Source: a candidate division WOR-3 bacterium (GTDB lineage: Bacteria; Hydrothermota; Hydrothermia; Hydrothermales; Hydrothermaceae). From it: DNA of 40,267 nt. Shown piece after piece: positions 26,887-36,509 of the stretch (its first letter is position 1; each line of letters starts with the position of its first letter). The notes under the pieces were generated by a model. The model worked only from the letters and a program-made list of their open reading frames with translations. It was not told where the DNA came from and ran no database searches. The DNA lies in assembly GCA_039803745.1 (NCBI GenBank), contig JBDRZD010000006.1:1-40267 (forward strand), given 5' to 3'. A program made the translations under genes and the position numbers.

Positions 26887-28261
26887 TTCCCTCCTTTTCT
26901 TTTAAGATATAAATACCTGCTTTCCTGGCATCTTTAATTTTTCTTCCTTCTAAATTATAAACATTTTCAATTTTTGAAAATTCTTTATATGAAATGATAA
27001 ATTTATCCTCTCTTTCTTTTGAAAAATCTATTTTCTCCTTAATATCAACAAAATTCTGTGCTTTATATAAAAGGTAAATCATACATGGTCTTGTTTGATT
27101 AATTCTTTGAATTATTAAATTTGTATCATTTGTTGCCTCCCAGAAATCATCTCCCACTTCAAAGGTATAGGCAAAGCATTTTGGTTTTTGATTTTGCTCC
27201 CCATACATCCAGTCATCAGAAGTCCCATTTGCAACATACCCAACAGTTCCGGATGCATTTCCATAAGTATAACCGTTCCAGTTATTCATCGTATCAGCCA
27301 TTGCAAGATAGATTGTTTTATCAGGTTCTGGAGGATAGGCATTTATATATCCCCATGGAGTAATTATATAATTTCCATAACTGTGAAAATTAATTGCAAC
27401 CTGTGGAGGGCGCATAAGGCATAAATTCTTTATCGCCTGTGTTTCAGGCTCTGAAAAAGCAGAAGGACCTCTATAAGTTTCATCAGGTGGATTTGGTGAA
27501 GAACCATTATTGTCGTATCCCCACATATATCCGTAGTTTCTGTTTAAATCAACACCATCATAATCACTATCAAATTGACCATTACCATCATTATCCCTTT
27601 GATTTTTTCTCCACGAACCCCATGGATCCTGCTCATTATAAACATAACCATCAGGGTTAACAACAGGAACAATGTATATCTCCCTTTCATTTACAAGAAA
27701 TGTAGCAGTATCATTTTGATTATACTTCTGGCATAACCATCTTATAAAATCCATACATATTGAAGTTCCTATTGGTTCCCTTGCATGGTGGACACCTGTA
27801 AAAAGTCCCTCAGGTTCATTTTCATTTGAATTTGGATTATCAGATATTTTCATCATTAAAATTGGTTTATTATACCAGGATAAACCCAATGTACATAGTT
27901 TTGTAATATTTGGATACTGAGAAGCAATCTGATTCATTTCCTGTTGCATTTCTGAAAATGTGTAATATTCACCAAAATTTATAAGAACATGATAGCCATA
28001 TTTTTCCCTTAAATATTTTTCTACATCAGGAATTTGAATTTCTATCTTGATTCCAAGATTTTTAAATTCATCATATTCTTTTTGATTGAGGAAAACTTCA
28101 AAATATTTTTCTTTTGCAGAACCCGTTAGTATATCTGGATGTCTTTTTAAAATTTCCATTCTTTCTGCATCATCCTTATAGTATATCCTTGCCTTCATAA
28201 TCTTTTCATGAACTCCACTTATAAGGATTATACTTATAATTATGCTTACCATAAAAATCAC
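26861..28261 (-). CDS. Secreted M14 zinc carboxypeptidase (carboxypeptidase T-like) with T9SS-like C-terminal tail
   Basis: 'HHAREP', 'VNPDG', 'WRKN', 'GVDLNRN', 'FSEPET', 'HSYG' and 'FEVG'. Tail 'VYNLEGRKI...GIYIL...KKIIYIK'. Confidence 0.93.
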   Translation of the reverse strand: MIFMVSIIISIILISGVHEKIMKARIYYKDDAERMEILKRHPDILTGSAKEKYFEVFLNQKEYDEFKNLGIKIEIQIPDVEKYLREKYGYHVLINFGEYYTFSEMQQEMNQIASQYPNITKLCTLGLSWYNKPILMMKISDNPNSNENEPEGLFTGVHHAREPIGTSICMDFIRWLCQKYNQNDTATFLVNEREIYIVPVVNPDGYVYNEQDPWGSWRKNQRDNDGNGQFDSDYDGVDLNRNYGYMWGYDNNGSSPNPPDETYRGPSAFSEPETQAIKNLCLMRPPQVAINFHSYGNYIITPWGYINAYPPEPDKTIYLAMADTMNNWNGYTYGNASGTVGYVANGTSDDWMYGEQNQKPKCFAYTFEVGDDFWEATNDTNLIIQRINQTRPCMIYLLYKAQNFVDIKEKIDFSKEREDKFIISYKEFSKIENVYNLEGRKIKDARKAGIYILKEKEGNKKIIYIK

Positions 28262-28264
28262 CTC

Positions 28265-28675
28265 CTATTCAAGTGGAACTAAATCCACATAAATTCTTTC
28301 AAAATTTTTATTTTTTAAATCATAAACGAATTGTATTGAAATTCCTGCATAAATTCTATGTCTTAAAAATCTTGAAAAATATTTAACTACAAGTTTGTTC
28401 CTTTCTCTATCAATCATTGTAATATGATATTTAAATCCTTGGTGATAGGTTTCAAAATATATTTTACATATACTATCGCAAATAGAAATATCTTTTTCTA
28501 TACTTTTTCTCAAAGAATAAACAATATTTTTATATTCATTTTCTTTTAAACTATGAGTTTGAAATGGATATCTTCCGCGAATTATAAATTCCTTATCTTT
28601 TTTATAAACTCTTTCTTTCCATGAAGGAGTGCATCCATTTGAAAAAATAAATAAAATAATAAAAAATTTATACAT
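28265..28675 (-). CDS. Hypothetical lipoprotein
   Basis: The ATG at 28675 gives 'MYKFFIILFIFSNGC' (lipobox-like) and overlaps the ABC transporter stop. Confidence 0.6.
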   Translation of the reverse strand: MYKFFIILFIFSNGCTPSWKERVYKKDKEFIIRGRYPFQTHSLKENEYKNIVYSLRKSIEKDISICDSICKIYFETYHQGFKYHITMIDRERNKLVVKYFSRFLRHRIYAGISIQFVYDLKNKNFERIYVDLVPLE

Positions 28676-30464
28676 TCTTAAATTGCAATTCATACAAATT
28701 TTTATAAAGTGAAGACCTTTCAATTAATTCATCATGTTTTCCAATATCCTTTATTTCACCTTTATCAAGCAAAACAATTCTGTCTGCATTCAAAACAGTA
28801 TTTAATCTATGAGCAATTATAAATGTTATTCTATCCCTTTCAAGTTTTTCAAGAGCCTTTTGAATTTTGCTTTCAGTTTCTGAATCAATCTGAGATGTTG
28901 CCTCATCAAGGATTATTATAATTGGGTTTTTTAAAAATGCTCTTGCGATTGCTATCCTCTGTTTTTCGCCTCCTGAAATCTTTGAACCCATCTCCCCTAT
29001 CTTTGTATGAAGACCGTGAGGTAAAGATTTTATAAAATCTGAAAGTGCGGCATCTTCTACTGCTTTTAAAACTTCTTCCTCTTTTGCATTTTCCTTTCCA
29101 TAAGTAATATTTTCATAAAGGGTTCCTGAAAAAAGAAAAACTTCTTGAGGGACTATTCCGATTCTTTTTCTAAGTTCTTTAATATTTAATTCCCTTATTT
29201 CTTTATCATCAAAAAATATTTTCCCTTTTGTAGGAAAATAAAATCCTGAAACAAGATTTATAAGAGTTGATTTTCCCGCACCAGAGGGTCCAACAAGTGC
29301 TATCTTTTCATAAGGTTTAATTTCTAAGTTTATATTTTTTAAAGCATATCTCTCTCCATCATAACTAAAATATACATTTTCAAATCTTATACCCTTGTTT
29401 ATCTTTTTAATAATATGAACACCGCCTCTTTCTTCCTCTTTTTCATCAACTATTTCTTTTACCCTTATTATTCCTGCAAGTCCTTGCTGTATGTTCCCCC
29501 AGGCATTCGCTATTGCTTTAAAAGGTTGAAGCAAAGAAACAGCACCAATAACAAATACAATAAACTTTTCAGGAGTCAATTTTCTGTCTATAAAAATTAA
29601 TTTTCCACCATATAAAAATACTAATATTGCAATTAATGAAACGAGAAACTCTGTTAAAGAAGGTGATAAATGCCTCAAATTCTCAAATCTTAACATTTTT
29701 TTAAAATACTCACCTGTAATTTTTTTAAATTCTTTTATTTCTTTTTCTTCAGAAGTAAATGCTTTTATTGTTTTTATCCCTATAATCCTCTCAACAACAA
29801 AACCACCTATTTTACCCATTTCAACTTGAAACCTTTTTGCTTTTCTTTTTAAAGAATCACCGATTATTTTAATAATTAAAAAAACCAATGGAACAAATAT
29901 TAAAGAAAATACGGAAAGATGAGGAGACGCCCAGAAAATTATAAATAAATAAGCAATTACAAGCATTAAATCCTTTATTATTAAAAGCCATCCATCACTT
30001 AAAGCATATTTTATATAAAGAATATCATGAGTAAATCTTGAAGCAATTTCCCCTGTTTTTTTATTCAAAAAAGAAGAGACCGGCAAATTCATCATTTTTG
30101 AAAAAATTAAATCTCTTATATCCTTTGAAATTCCCTCTTGGATTAAAACATTTAAAATTTTTGATAAATATTCAAAAAATGCTTTCAAGAAAAATAAAAT
30201 TAAAACAATTATTCCCATTTTTAATAAAGTATGAATTCCCAATTTTCCTGAGACAAGATAAGTGCCTATAAAGTGGAATATCTTATCAAGGATAAAATTT
30301 GCCTTTGGTGGAGGCTCATTGAAAAATATAACTCTTAAAAATGGAAAAAGCAGTCCTATACCAATTCCTTGAAATAGAGAAAAAAATAATGTGGAAATTA
30401 TAAAAAGGATAAATAAAAAAAACCTTTTTTTTAAAAAGGGTAAAAGAAATATATAATTTTTCAT
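28668..30464 (-). CDS. msbA: MsbA-like ABC exporter (TMD + NBD)
   Basis: Six-TM domain, 'GPSGAGKST', 'ISGGEKQR', 'ILDEATS' and 'IAHRL'. Lies in the LPS operon. Confidence 0.8.
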   Translation of the reverse strand: MKNYIFLLPFLKKRFFLFILFIISTLFFSLFQGIGIGLLFPFLRVIFFNEPPPKANFILDKIFHFIGTYLVSGKLGIHTLLKMGIIVLILFFLKAFFEYLSKILNVLIQEGISKDIRDLIFSKMMNLPVSSFLNKKTGEIASRFTHDILYIKYALSDGWLLIIKDLMLVIAYLFIIFWASPHLSVFSLIFVPLVFLIIKIIGDSLKRKAKRFQVEMGKIGGFVVERIIGIKTIKAFTSEEKEIKEFKKITGEYFKKMLRFENLRHLSPSLTEFLVSLIAILVFLYGGKLIFIDRKLTPEKFIVFVIGAVSLLQPFKAIANAWGNIQQGLAGIIRVKEIVDEKEEERGGVHIIKKINKGIRFENVYFSYDGERYALKNINLEIKPYEKIALVGPSGAGKSTLINLVSGFYFPTKGKIFFDDKEIRELNIKELRKRIGIVPQEVFLFSGTLYENITYGKENAKEEEVLKAVEDAALSDFIKSLPHGLHTKIGEMGSKISGGEKQRIAIARAFLKNPIIIILDEATSQIDSETESKIQKALEKLERDRITFIIAHRLNTVLNADRIVLLDKGEIKDIGKHDELIERSSLYKNLYELQFKNV

Positions 30465-31798
30465 GAAACTTTTCTATCTTTAAAATTCGGGATACCCATT
30501 TCTTCTCTTAATTTCTGAACAGTTCTTCTTTTTATTTTTATTCCGTCTGCAATAAGGAGTTCTTCTATTTTTTTATCACTTAAGGGCTTATTTTTATCTT
30601 CGTTTTCTATCAATTTTTTAATAATCTCCTTTATCTCTTCCCTTGAAATTCTCCCGCCCTTACATTTTATTCCACCAGGAAAGAAAAATTTTAGTTCAAA
30701 AATTCCCCTTGGTGTATCTATATATTTTTTTGATATCAGTTTATGAAATGTTGAGGTCTTAATTCCCATTTTTTCTGCCGCCTCAACCTGTGTTATTGGA
30801 AATATCTTATTTACTTTCCCTTCAAGGAAATCTTTATTATTCTCTATTATAAATTCACTTATTTTTCTTAAATTTTCTCTTCTCTGAACAATTGCCTTAA
30901 ATATGTCAAGTGCCCTTAAAAAATGCTTCTTTATAATCTCCTTCTCACTTTTTGAAATTTCTTTAGATTTAAGCATCTCCACATATCTTCTATTTAACCT
31001 TACTTTTGGCAAATTACTTTCTTCAATAATGGGAATAAATTTCCCCTCTCTCTTCAAAAGTTTTATATCAGGATATATATAAGAAATATTTTCTGGAAGA
31101 TATTTTAAAGCTGGTGCAAAAGTAATATGTTTTAATATTTCTTCAATTTCTTTTGTTTTTTCTAAAGATTTTCCCTCCTTAAATATATTTTTAATATATT
31201 CAATAGTTTTTTCGATCTTTTGTTTTTCTTCTCCTTTTTCTTCCAATTGAATTCTTATACATTCCATCATATCTTTTGCACCTATTCCAACAGGATCAAA
31301 TCTTGTAAATTTCACTCTCACCTCTTCAAATTTATTTATTCCGACACCGGCAATTTCAGCAAGTTCTTGAGGGTCTTTACTTAAATATCCATTTTCGTCA
31401 AGATTTTCAAGAATAATATAAGCAATTTTCTTATCTATTTCTTTATCAAAAATGGATTCAATTTGGTATTGTATCCTTTCATATAAAGAAGGCGGTGGAG
31501 CAGGTAAAAGATCAACCCTTTCGGGCTCATCATATTCATAATAATCTTCAATATAAGAAATTTCATCTTTAAATCCTTCAATAAACTCGTCCAGCAAAAA
31601 ATCCTCTCTTTCTTCCTCTTCCCCTTTACCCTTTAAAAATTTTTCTTCAAGGACCAAATTGTTCTCAATCTCACTCTTTAAGAATTCAGAAAGTTCAAGA
31701 CGTGACATATGATATATTTTTAAAAGGAGTGTTAGAAAAGGAGTTTGTTTTAATTCAAGTCTTAAAATTTTATCAGGAATAATTTTTTTATCCCTCAT
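30461..31798 (-). CDS. rpoN: RNA polymerase sigma54 factor (divergent)
   Basis: 'LDENGYL', 'DPVGIGA', 'KYIDTPRGIFELKFFF', 'E....PLSD' and RpoN box 'RRTVQKLRE'. Follows lptB. Confidence 0.93.
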   Translation of the reverse strand: MRDKKIIPDKILRLELKQTPFLTLLLKIYHMSRLELSEFLKSEIENNLVLEEKFLKGKGEEEEREDFLLDEFIEGFKDEISYIEDYYEYDEPERVDLLPAPPPSLYERIQYQIESIFDKEIDKKIAYIILENLDENGYLSKDPQELAEIAGVGINKFEEVRVKFTRFDPVGIGAKDMMECIRIQLEEKGEEKQKIEKTIEYIKNIFKEGKSLEKTKEIEEILKHITFAPALKYLPENISYIYPDIKLLKREGKFIPIIEESNLPKVRLNRRYVEMLKSKEISKSEKEIIKKHFLRALDIFKAIVQRRENLRKISEFIIENNKDFLEGKVNKIFPITQVEAAEKMGIKTSTFHKLISKKYIDTPRGIFELKFFFPGGIKCKGGRISREEIKEIIKKLIENEDKNKPLSDKKIEELLIADGIKIKRRTVQKLREEMGIPNFKDRKVS

Positions 31799-32520
31799 AA
31801 TCTGAACTTTTCTCCAAGATATATTCTCTTTGCTGTTTCATCATTCACAAGAAACTCAGATGTGCCTTCAAGAAGAACTTTACCTTCATAAATTATATAT
31901 GCCCTGTCAGTTATTTCAAGTGTTTCCCTTACATTATGATCGGTTAGCAAAATTCCAATACCCTGCTTTTTTAAATCTAATATAATTCCCTGTATTTCCT
32001 CCCTTGTTTTTGGATCTATACCTGTAAAGGGTTCGTCTAAAAGAAGGAATTTTGGATTTAAAACTAAACTCCTTGCTATTTCCACCCTCCTTCTTTCACC
32101 CCCTGAAAGGCTATAGCCATATGAATTTCTTAAATGAGAAATCCCCATCTTTTCCATAACTTCCTCTGTTCTTCTCTTGCATTCTTCTTTACTAAGTCCA
32201 TTCATCTCAATAACACCATAAATATTATCATAAACCTTTAACCCCCTAAATATTGATGCTTCCTGGGGTAAATAACTTATACCCATTCTCGCCCTTTTAT
32301 ACATCGGTAAATTCGTAATATCAGTATCATTTAAAAAAACTTTTCCACTGTTTGGCTTTATAACACCTATTATCATATAAAAACTTGTTGTTTTACCAGC
32401 ACCATTTGGTCCTAAAAGACCAACTATTTCCCCCCTTTCTAAGGAAATTGAAACCTCATTAACAACCTTCCTCTTTTTATATATCTTAACAAGTTTTTCA
32501 GTCCTTATTCTGTCTTTCAT
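31795..32520 (-). CDS. lptB: LPS export ABC ATPase LptB
   Basis: 'GLLGPNGAGKTT', 'YLPQEASIFR', 'LSGGERRR', 'TDHNVRETL' and 'YLGEKF'. Confidence 0.97.
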   Translation of the reverse strand: MKDRIRTEKLVKIYKKRKVVNEVSISLERGEIVGLLGPNGAGKTTSFYMIIGVIKPNSGKVFLNDTDITNLPMYKRARMGISYLPQEASIFRGLKVYDNIYGVIEMNGLSKEECKRRTEEVMEKMGISHLRNSYGYSLSGGERRRVEIARSLVLNPKFLLLDEPFTGIDPKTREEIQGIILDLKKQGIGILLTDHNVRETLEITDRAYIIYEGKVLLEGTSEFLVNDETAKRIYLGEKFRL

Positions 32521-33404
32521 TTTTTAATTTTGTTTAAAAATATAATTCCTTCAACTTTATCAAATCCCTTTAAATTTTTTATATTTCCTTCCTCATCAAA
32601 AAAACTTTCTATAATATAAGTATTAATTATAACTTTTTCTTCTTTTTCTGTCAATATCTCAAGTAAAGATTTTTTTAAAATTTTCCCCTTTTCAATTTTT
32701 CTATCCTTAAACTTTAACTCTATTTCTTCTCCCTTAGCATTCCCCTTTTCAAAATAAAAAACAGGATTTCCTTTTAAATAGGCAACTTCCTCTTTCTCAA
32801 CATAAATTAATGTATCACCTTTTCCGCTTTCTTTCCCACCTTCAATCCTTACATCTCCTGTAAAATAAAGTGTATCTGGAGCAACCTCTATTTTATTTCC
32901 ATAAAGATTTATTTCTTTATCACCAGAAACAATTTGGACTTTCTCTATAAGATTTATATTTCCTCTTTTTTTCTTAAAATCATAATTTGCTTCCTTACAA
33001 AAAATTTTGATGTCCTCTTTTTCTATTAAAATATTTCCTCTTGCAACTGCAAAATTTTTTTTTGTAAAATATTTTATATGATCTGCAAATATACTCTCTT
33101 CTTTCCCTTTAACTCTTACATTTTCAAAAAATTCTGCTTCTTCGTTTAAAAAATTGTACTTTGCCTTCTTACAGGATATTTCTATTTCCTCACCTTTTAT
33201 ACTTACATTACCATATATAAACCCTGAATCAATATCACTACTTTTAAAAATTAAAGCACTGTCACCTGTTATGAATGTTTTACCATCATTTAAATTTATA
33301 TTCCCTTTTGCAGCAATCAAATCTAACCCCTTTTTTGGTATTATCTTTACAGAATCTGCTTCATAAGAAAATTTAGCAACTAATAAAATCAAAATTAAAT
33401 TCAT
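32517..33404 (-). CDS. lptA: LptA/OstA-like beta-jellyroll protein
   Basis: Repeated 'A.GN(V/I).I....I.(C/A)..(A).Y' OstA-type strands, located between lptC and lptB. Confidence 0.75.
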   Translation of the reverse strand: MNLILILLVAKFSYEADSVKIIPKKGLDLIAAKGNINLNDGKTFITGDSALIFKSSDIDSGFIYGNVSIKGEEIEISCKKAKYNFLNEEAEFFENVRVKGKEESIFADHIKYFTKKNFAVARGNILIEKEDIKIFCKEANYDFKKKRGNINLIEKVQIVSGDKEINLYGNKIEVAPDTLYFTGDVRIEGGKESGKGDTLIYVEKEEVAYLKGNPVFYFEKGNAKGEEIELKFKDRKIEKGKILKKSLLEILTEKEEKVIINTYIIESFFDEEGNIKNLKGFDKVEGIIFLNKIKK

Positions 33405-33898
33405 TCTCCCCCACCTTTTACTCTTCCCCTTATTATTATTTCCTTTAAATTCTTTCCTGTTATAAATCCCTTTCCATAAGTAACATTATTTTCATGATAG
33501 AATATAACATCTTTATCGGATTTTGCTATTTTTAAACTATCTATCCAAACTATTTCTTCTGTAAAAAGGCTTTCCCTTTCATGTTTTAGTATTACATTCT
33601 TTCTTGCCAAGATGTTTAAATTCTTTTTATTAATCCATCCGGAATCCCCTGTGAGTTCTCCGGTTTTTACGCCCTGTGAATCATAAAAAATTACTTTAAA
33701 ATCGTATAAAAATACTGAATCTTCTTCATCAACAACATTCTTTGCAAAGAGCTCAAAAGATTTTGTTTCTCCTCTACTCTCTATTAAATGAATCTTTTCA
33801 AAACCCGAGAGTTTTTCCTCTTTTTTTTTGACCTCACCTTTTTTACAAAACCCAAAAATTAGAAGAAAAATTAATATTATTTTTTTACTTTTTTCCAT
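33401..33898 (-). CDS. lptC: LPS export protein LptC
   Basis: N-terminal anchor, 'V.FYD..G.....L..D.G', 'L.TEE..W' and 'G.GF'; synteny. Confidence 0.85.
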   Translation of the reverse strand: MEKSKKIILIFLLIFGFCKKGEVKKKEEKLSGFEKIHLIESRGETKSFELFAKNVVDEEDSVFLYDFKVIFYDSQGVKTGELTGDSGWINKKNLNILARKNVILKHERESLFTEEIVWIDSLKIAKSDKDVIFYHENNVTYGKGFITGKNLKEIIIRGRVKGGGE

Positions 33899-34734
33899 CT
33901 CTTTATGTATCCAAACCTATCGTGGATCCATGCCCATTGAGCAGGCTCTTTTTTAATCCATTCTTCAAAATTTTCAAAAACCTTTTTTACATCAATTTCT
34001 TCCTTCCCTTCAAACTCAAAATCCCTTATATCAATTATATACTTATCCCCCTTTTTCCAGATACCCATCAAAATAACTTCAGGTTTTATTTTATACATAA
34101 TTTTAAAAGGACCCTCTGGAACATAAACCTTCTTTTTAAAAAATTCTGTCTCTATACATCTGCCTTTAAAATCTTGATCTAAAAGAATACCTACACATTC
34201 TCCATTTTTTAAAGCCTTTATTATTTTTATCGCTTCATTTCTATAAATCACATTTATTCCTTCTTTTTTTCTGAAAAAGTTTATTATTTCATCAACTTCC
34301 CTTGTATAAACACGAGATACAACAACATTTACAGGATAATTTTTTCTTTTAAAATAAATTGGAATTAATTCCCATAAACCAAGATGAAGGGTAAGAGCGA
34401 GAACACCTCTTTTTTTTTCAAATTTTTTTTCAAGTATTTCTTCTCCCTTTGTTAAAACAATATCTTTTATCTTTTCTCCATCTTTATGAACCATTAAAAA
34501 ATCAAAACAAAATTCTGGTAATTTTTTAAAATATTCTTTTAAAATTCCTTTTTTAAAACATGCGGTTTTTAATGTCCATATACCTGTGTTTTTTATTTTA
34601 TTTAAAGAGAAATAAATGATGATTGAAAAAATTTTCAACAAATACTTTGTTAAAAAAAGGGGGAGTTTATATAAAAAATTTATGAAAAATTTTATGAAAA
34701 AACTTATTATCTTTCTCTTTATCCTCTTTCTCAT
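33877..34734 (-). CDS. lpxL: Lipid A lauroyl/acyltransferase (LpxL/HtrB family)
   Basis: 'HLGLWE', 'LLDQD', 'FF' and 'P.QW.W.H.RF'. Confidence 0.88.
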   Translation of the reverse strand: MRKRIKRKIISFFIKFFINFLYKLPLFLTKYLLKIFSIIIYFSLNKIKNTGIWTLKTACFKKGILKEYFKKLPEFCFDFLMVHKDGEKIKDIVLTKGEEILEKKFEKKRGVLALTLHLGLWELIPIYFKRKNYPVNVVVSRVYTREVDEIINFFRKKEGINVIYRNEAIKIIKALKNGECVGILLDQDFKGRCIETEFFKKKVYVPEGPFKIMYKIKPEVILMGIWKKGDKYIIDIRDFEFEGKEEIDVKKVFENFEEWIKKEPAQWAWIHDRFGYIKRWKKVKK

Positions 34735-35705
34735 TAAATAACTCTCTCTCTCATGAGGTCATGAAGATGTATTATCCCTATGGGTCTTTTTTCCTCATCA
34801 ATCACTATAAGGGCTGTAATTCCATATTCTTCCATTTTTTTTGCTGCAATTATTGCAAGTGAATCTTTATCTATGACTTTTGGATTTCTTGTCATTACAT
34901 CCTCTGCACAAAGGGAAAATATATCATCCCTTTTCTCAAGAAGCCTTCTTAAATCCCCATCTGTTATAACTCCTATAAGTTTTCCTTCATCATTAACAAC
35001 AGATGTAATTCCCCTTTTTGCAGTCATTTCAAGGATCACTTCTTTCATCTTTGCATTGTATTTTACAATCGGAACATGTTTTTCTCCTGTAAGCATCATA
35101 TCTTTTACCTTTAACCAGAATTTTTTTCCTATTTCACCCCCGGGGTGGAGAGCGGCAAAATCTTCTGCTTTAAATCCCTTCAAATTCATTAAAACCATTG
35201 CAATCGCATCACCAAGGGCAAGGGTCATCGTAGTGCTCACAGTTGGAGCCATATCAAATGGGCAAGCCTCTTTATCAACCTTTATTCTTATAACAATATC
35301 GCTCTCTCTTGCGAGTTCAGAATTTTTATTTGAAGTAATTGCGATTATTGGAATATTTCTTCTTTTCAAAAAAGAAATTATTGTTGCTATTTCATCTGTA
35401 TTTCCACTTTTTGAAATAGCAATAACTACATCCTTTTTATCAACCATACCAATATCCCCATGCAATGATTCTGAAGGATGTAAATAAAGGGCAGGGGTTC
35501 CTGTTGATGTGAGTGTTGATGCTATTTTTTTAGCAATTATTCCGGATTTTCCAACTCCTGTAACTATGATCTTTCCTTGGCATGAAAGGAGTAATTTTAT
35601 TGCCTCTATGAAATTTCTATCTATGTTCTCAACAAGGTTTTTAAGGCCCTCAATCTCAAGATTTATCACATCCTTTGCTATTTTAATTATTTTTTCTTCA
35701 TCCAT
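34734..35705 (-). CDS. kdsD: Arabinose-5-phosphate isomerase (KpsF/GutQ, SIS + 2 CBS)
   Basis: 'GVGKSG', 'STGTPA..LHP.E..HGD.G', 'EACP...APT.ST', 'HPGG' and a CBS pair. Confidence 0.96.
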   Translation of the reverse strand: MDEEKIIKIAKDVINLEIEGLKNLVENIDRNFIEAIKLLLSCQGKIIVTGVGKSGIIAKKIASTLTSTGTPALYLHPSESLHGDIGMVDKKDVVIAISKSGNTDEIATIISFLKRRNIPIIAITSNKNSELARESDIVIRIKVDKEACPFDMAPTVSTTMTLALGDAIAMVLMNLKGFKAEDFAALHPGGEIGKKFWLKVKDMMLTGEKHVPIVKYNAKMKEVILEMTAKRGITSVVNDEGKLIGVITDGDLRRLLEKRDDIFSLCAEDVMTRNPKVIDKDSLAIIAAKKMEEYGITALIVIDEEKRPIGIIHLHDLMRERVI

Positions 35706-36237
35706 CTTTTAATTTTACCTCCTTTATTTGTGTATAAATTGGACCCTCAGGTCTTAAATCACTTTTAAAAAGAACTATTCTATTAGCCTTAAATTTATCA
35801 TTAAACTTTTTATTTTCAAAAGAAACTCCTTTCCTTTCTTTAATTCTTGCAACTGTGATATGGGGATGAAATTTTCTTTCCTCTTTTTCTATACCTATTC
35901 TTTCAGCCCTTTCTTCAATAAAGTTAAAAATTTCTTCAATTTTTTCTGAAGGAGAAACTCCTATCCACAGAACTCTTGGGTTTTTAAGCTGAGGGAAACC
36001 TCCAAGTTCACCAAGAGTTACCTCAAAACTTTTGAATTTATTTGATACCTCATCCAGTATTTTTCCAATTTCTTTTACTTTCTCTTCTTCTATTTCACCT
36101 AAAAATTTCAAGGTGATATGGAGGTTTTCCTTTTCAACCCACTTTACTCCTTTTATCCTCTGCCTTTCATTATCAAAGGCACTATATATCTTTTCTCTCA
36201 GTTCCATAGGAATATCAATTGCAATAAAGGTTCTCAA
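35698..36237 (-). CDS. thpR: RNA 2',3'-cyclic phosphodiesterase (2H family)
   Basis: 'MRTFIAI', two HxT motifs (HITLKFLG, HITVAR) and 'S.L...GP.Y'. Confidence 0.95.
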   Translation of the reverse strand: MRTFIAIDIPMELREKIYSAFDNERQRIKGVKWVEKENLHITLKFLGEIEEEKVKEIGKILDEVSNKFKSFEVTLGELGGFPQLKNPRVLWIGVSPSEKIEEIFNFIEERAERIGIEKEERKFHPHITVARIKERKGVSFENKKFNDKFKANRIVLFKSDLRPEGPIYTQIKEVKLKDG

Positions 36238-36473
36238 AATTCTTCCTCCTCAGGATATTCTTCATATTCTTCATATTCCTCATATTCTTCATATATTGGT
36301 TTTTCTTCAATTTCTTCTTCCTCTTCTTCTTCCTCAAATATTCCTTGAATCGGGATTTCTTCTTCCACAACTTCTTCAACCTCTTGGTAGAATTCGGCTC
36401 CACAGTCAAGACAAAAATAATAGCCCCTGTCTATTTCCTCTATATTCATAGACCCACATTCTGGACAGATCAT
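36234..36473 (-). CDS. Small zinc-ribbon protein with long acidic Glu/Tyr tail
   Basis: CPECG-x14-CLDCG, strong RBS AAGGAGGG, and a stop overlapping the thpR start. Confidence 0.8.
   Translation of the reverse strand: MICPECGSMNIEEIDRGYYFCLDCGAEFYQEVEEVVEEEIPIQGIFEEEEEEEEIEEKPIYEEYEEYEEYEEYPEEEEF
36256..36291. repeat. 9-bp tandem repeat x4 (encodes EEY repeats)
   Basis: TATTCTTCA, TATTCTTCA, TATTCCTCA, TATTCTTCA. Confidence 0.9.
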
Positions 36474-36509
36474 TTTGCCCTCCTTTTCTTTCTCAATTTT
36501 AAGTTTTTA

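Noticed and set aside
34780..35487. 235-aa plus-strand ORF
   Set aside because: It is the antisense shadow of kdsD, with Ser/Ile/Phe-rich mirror composition and no motif or RBS.
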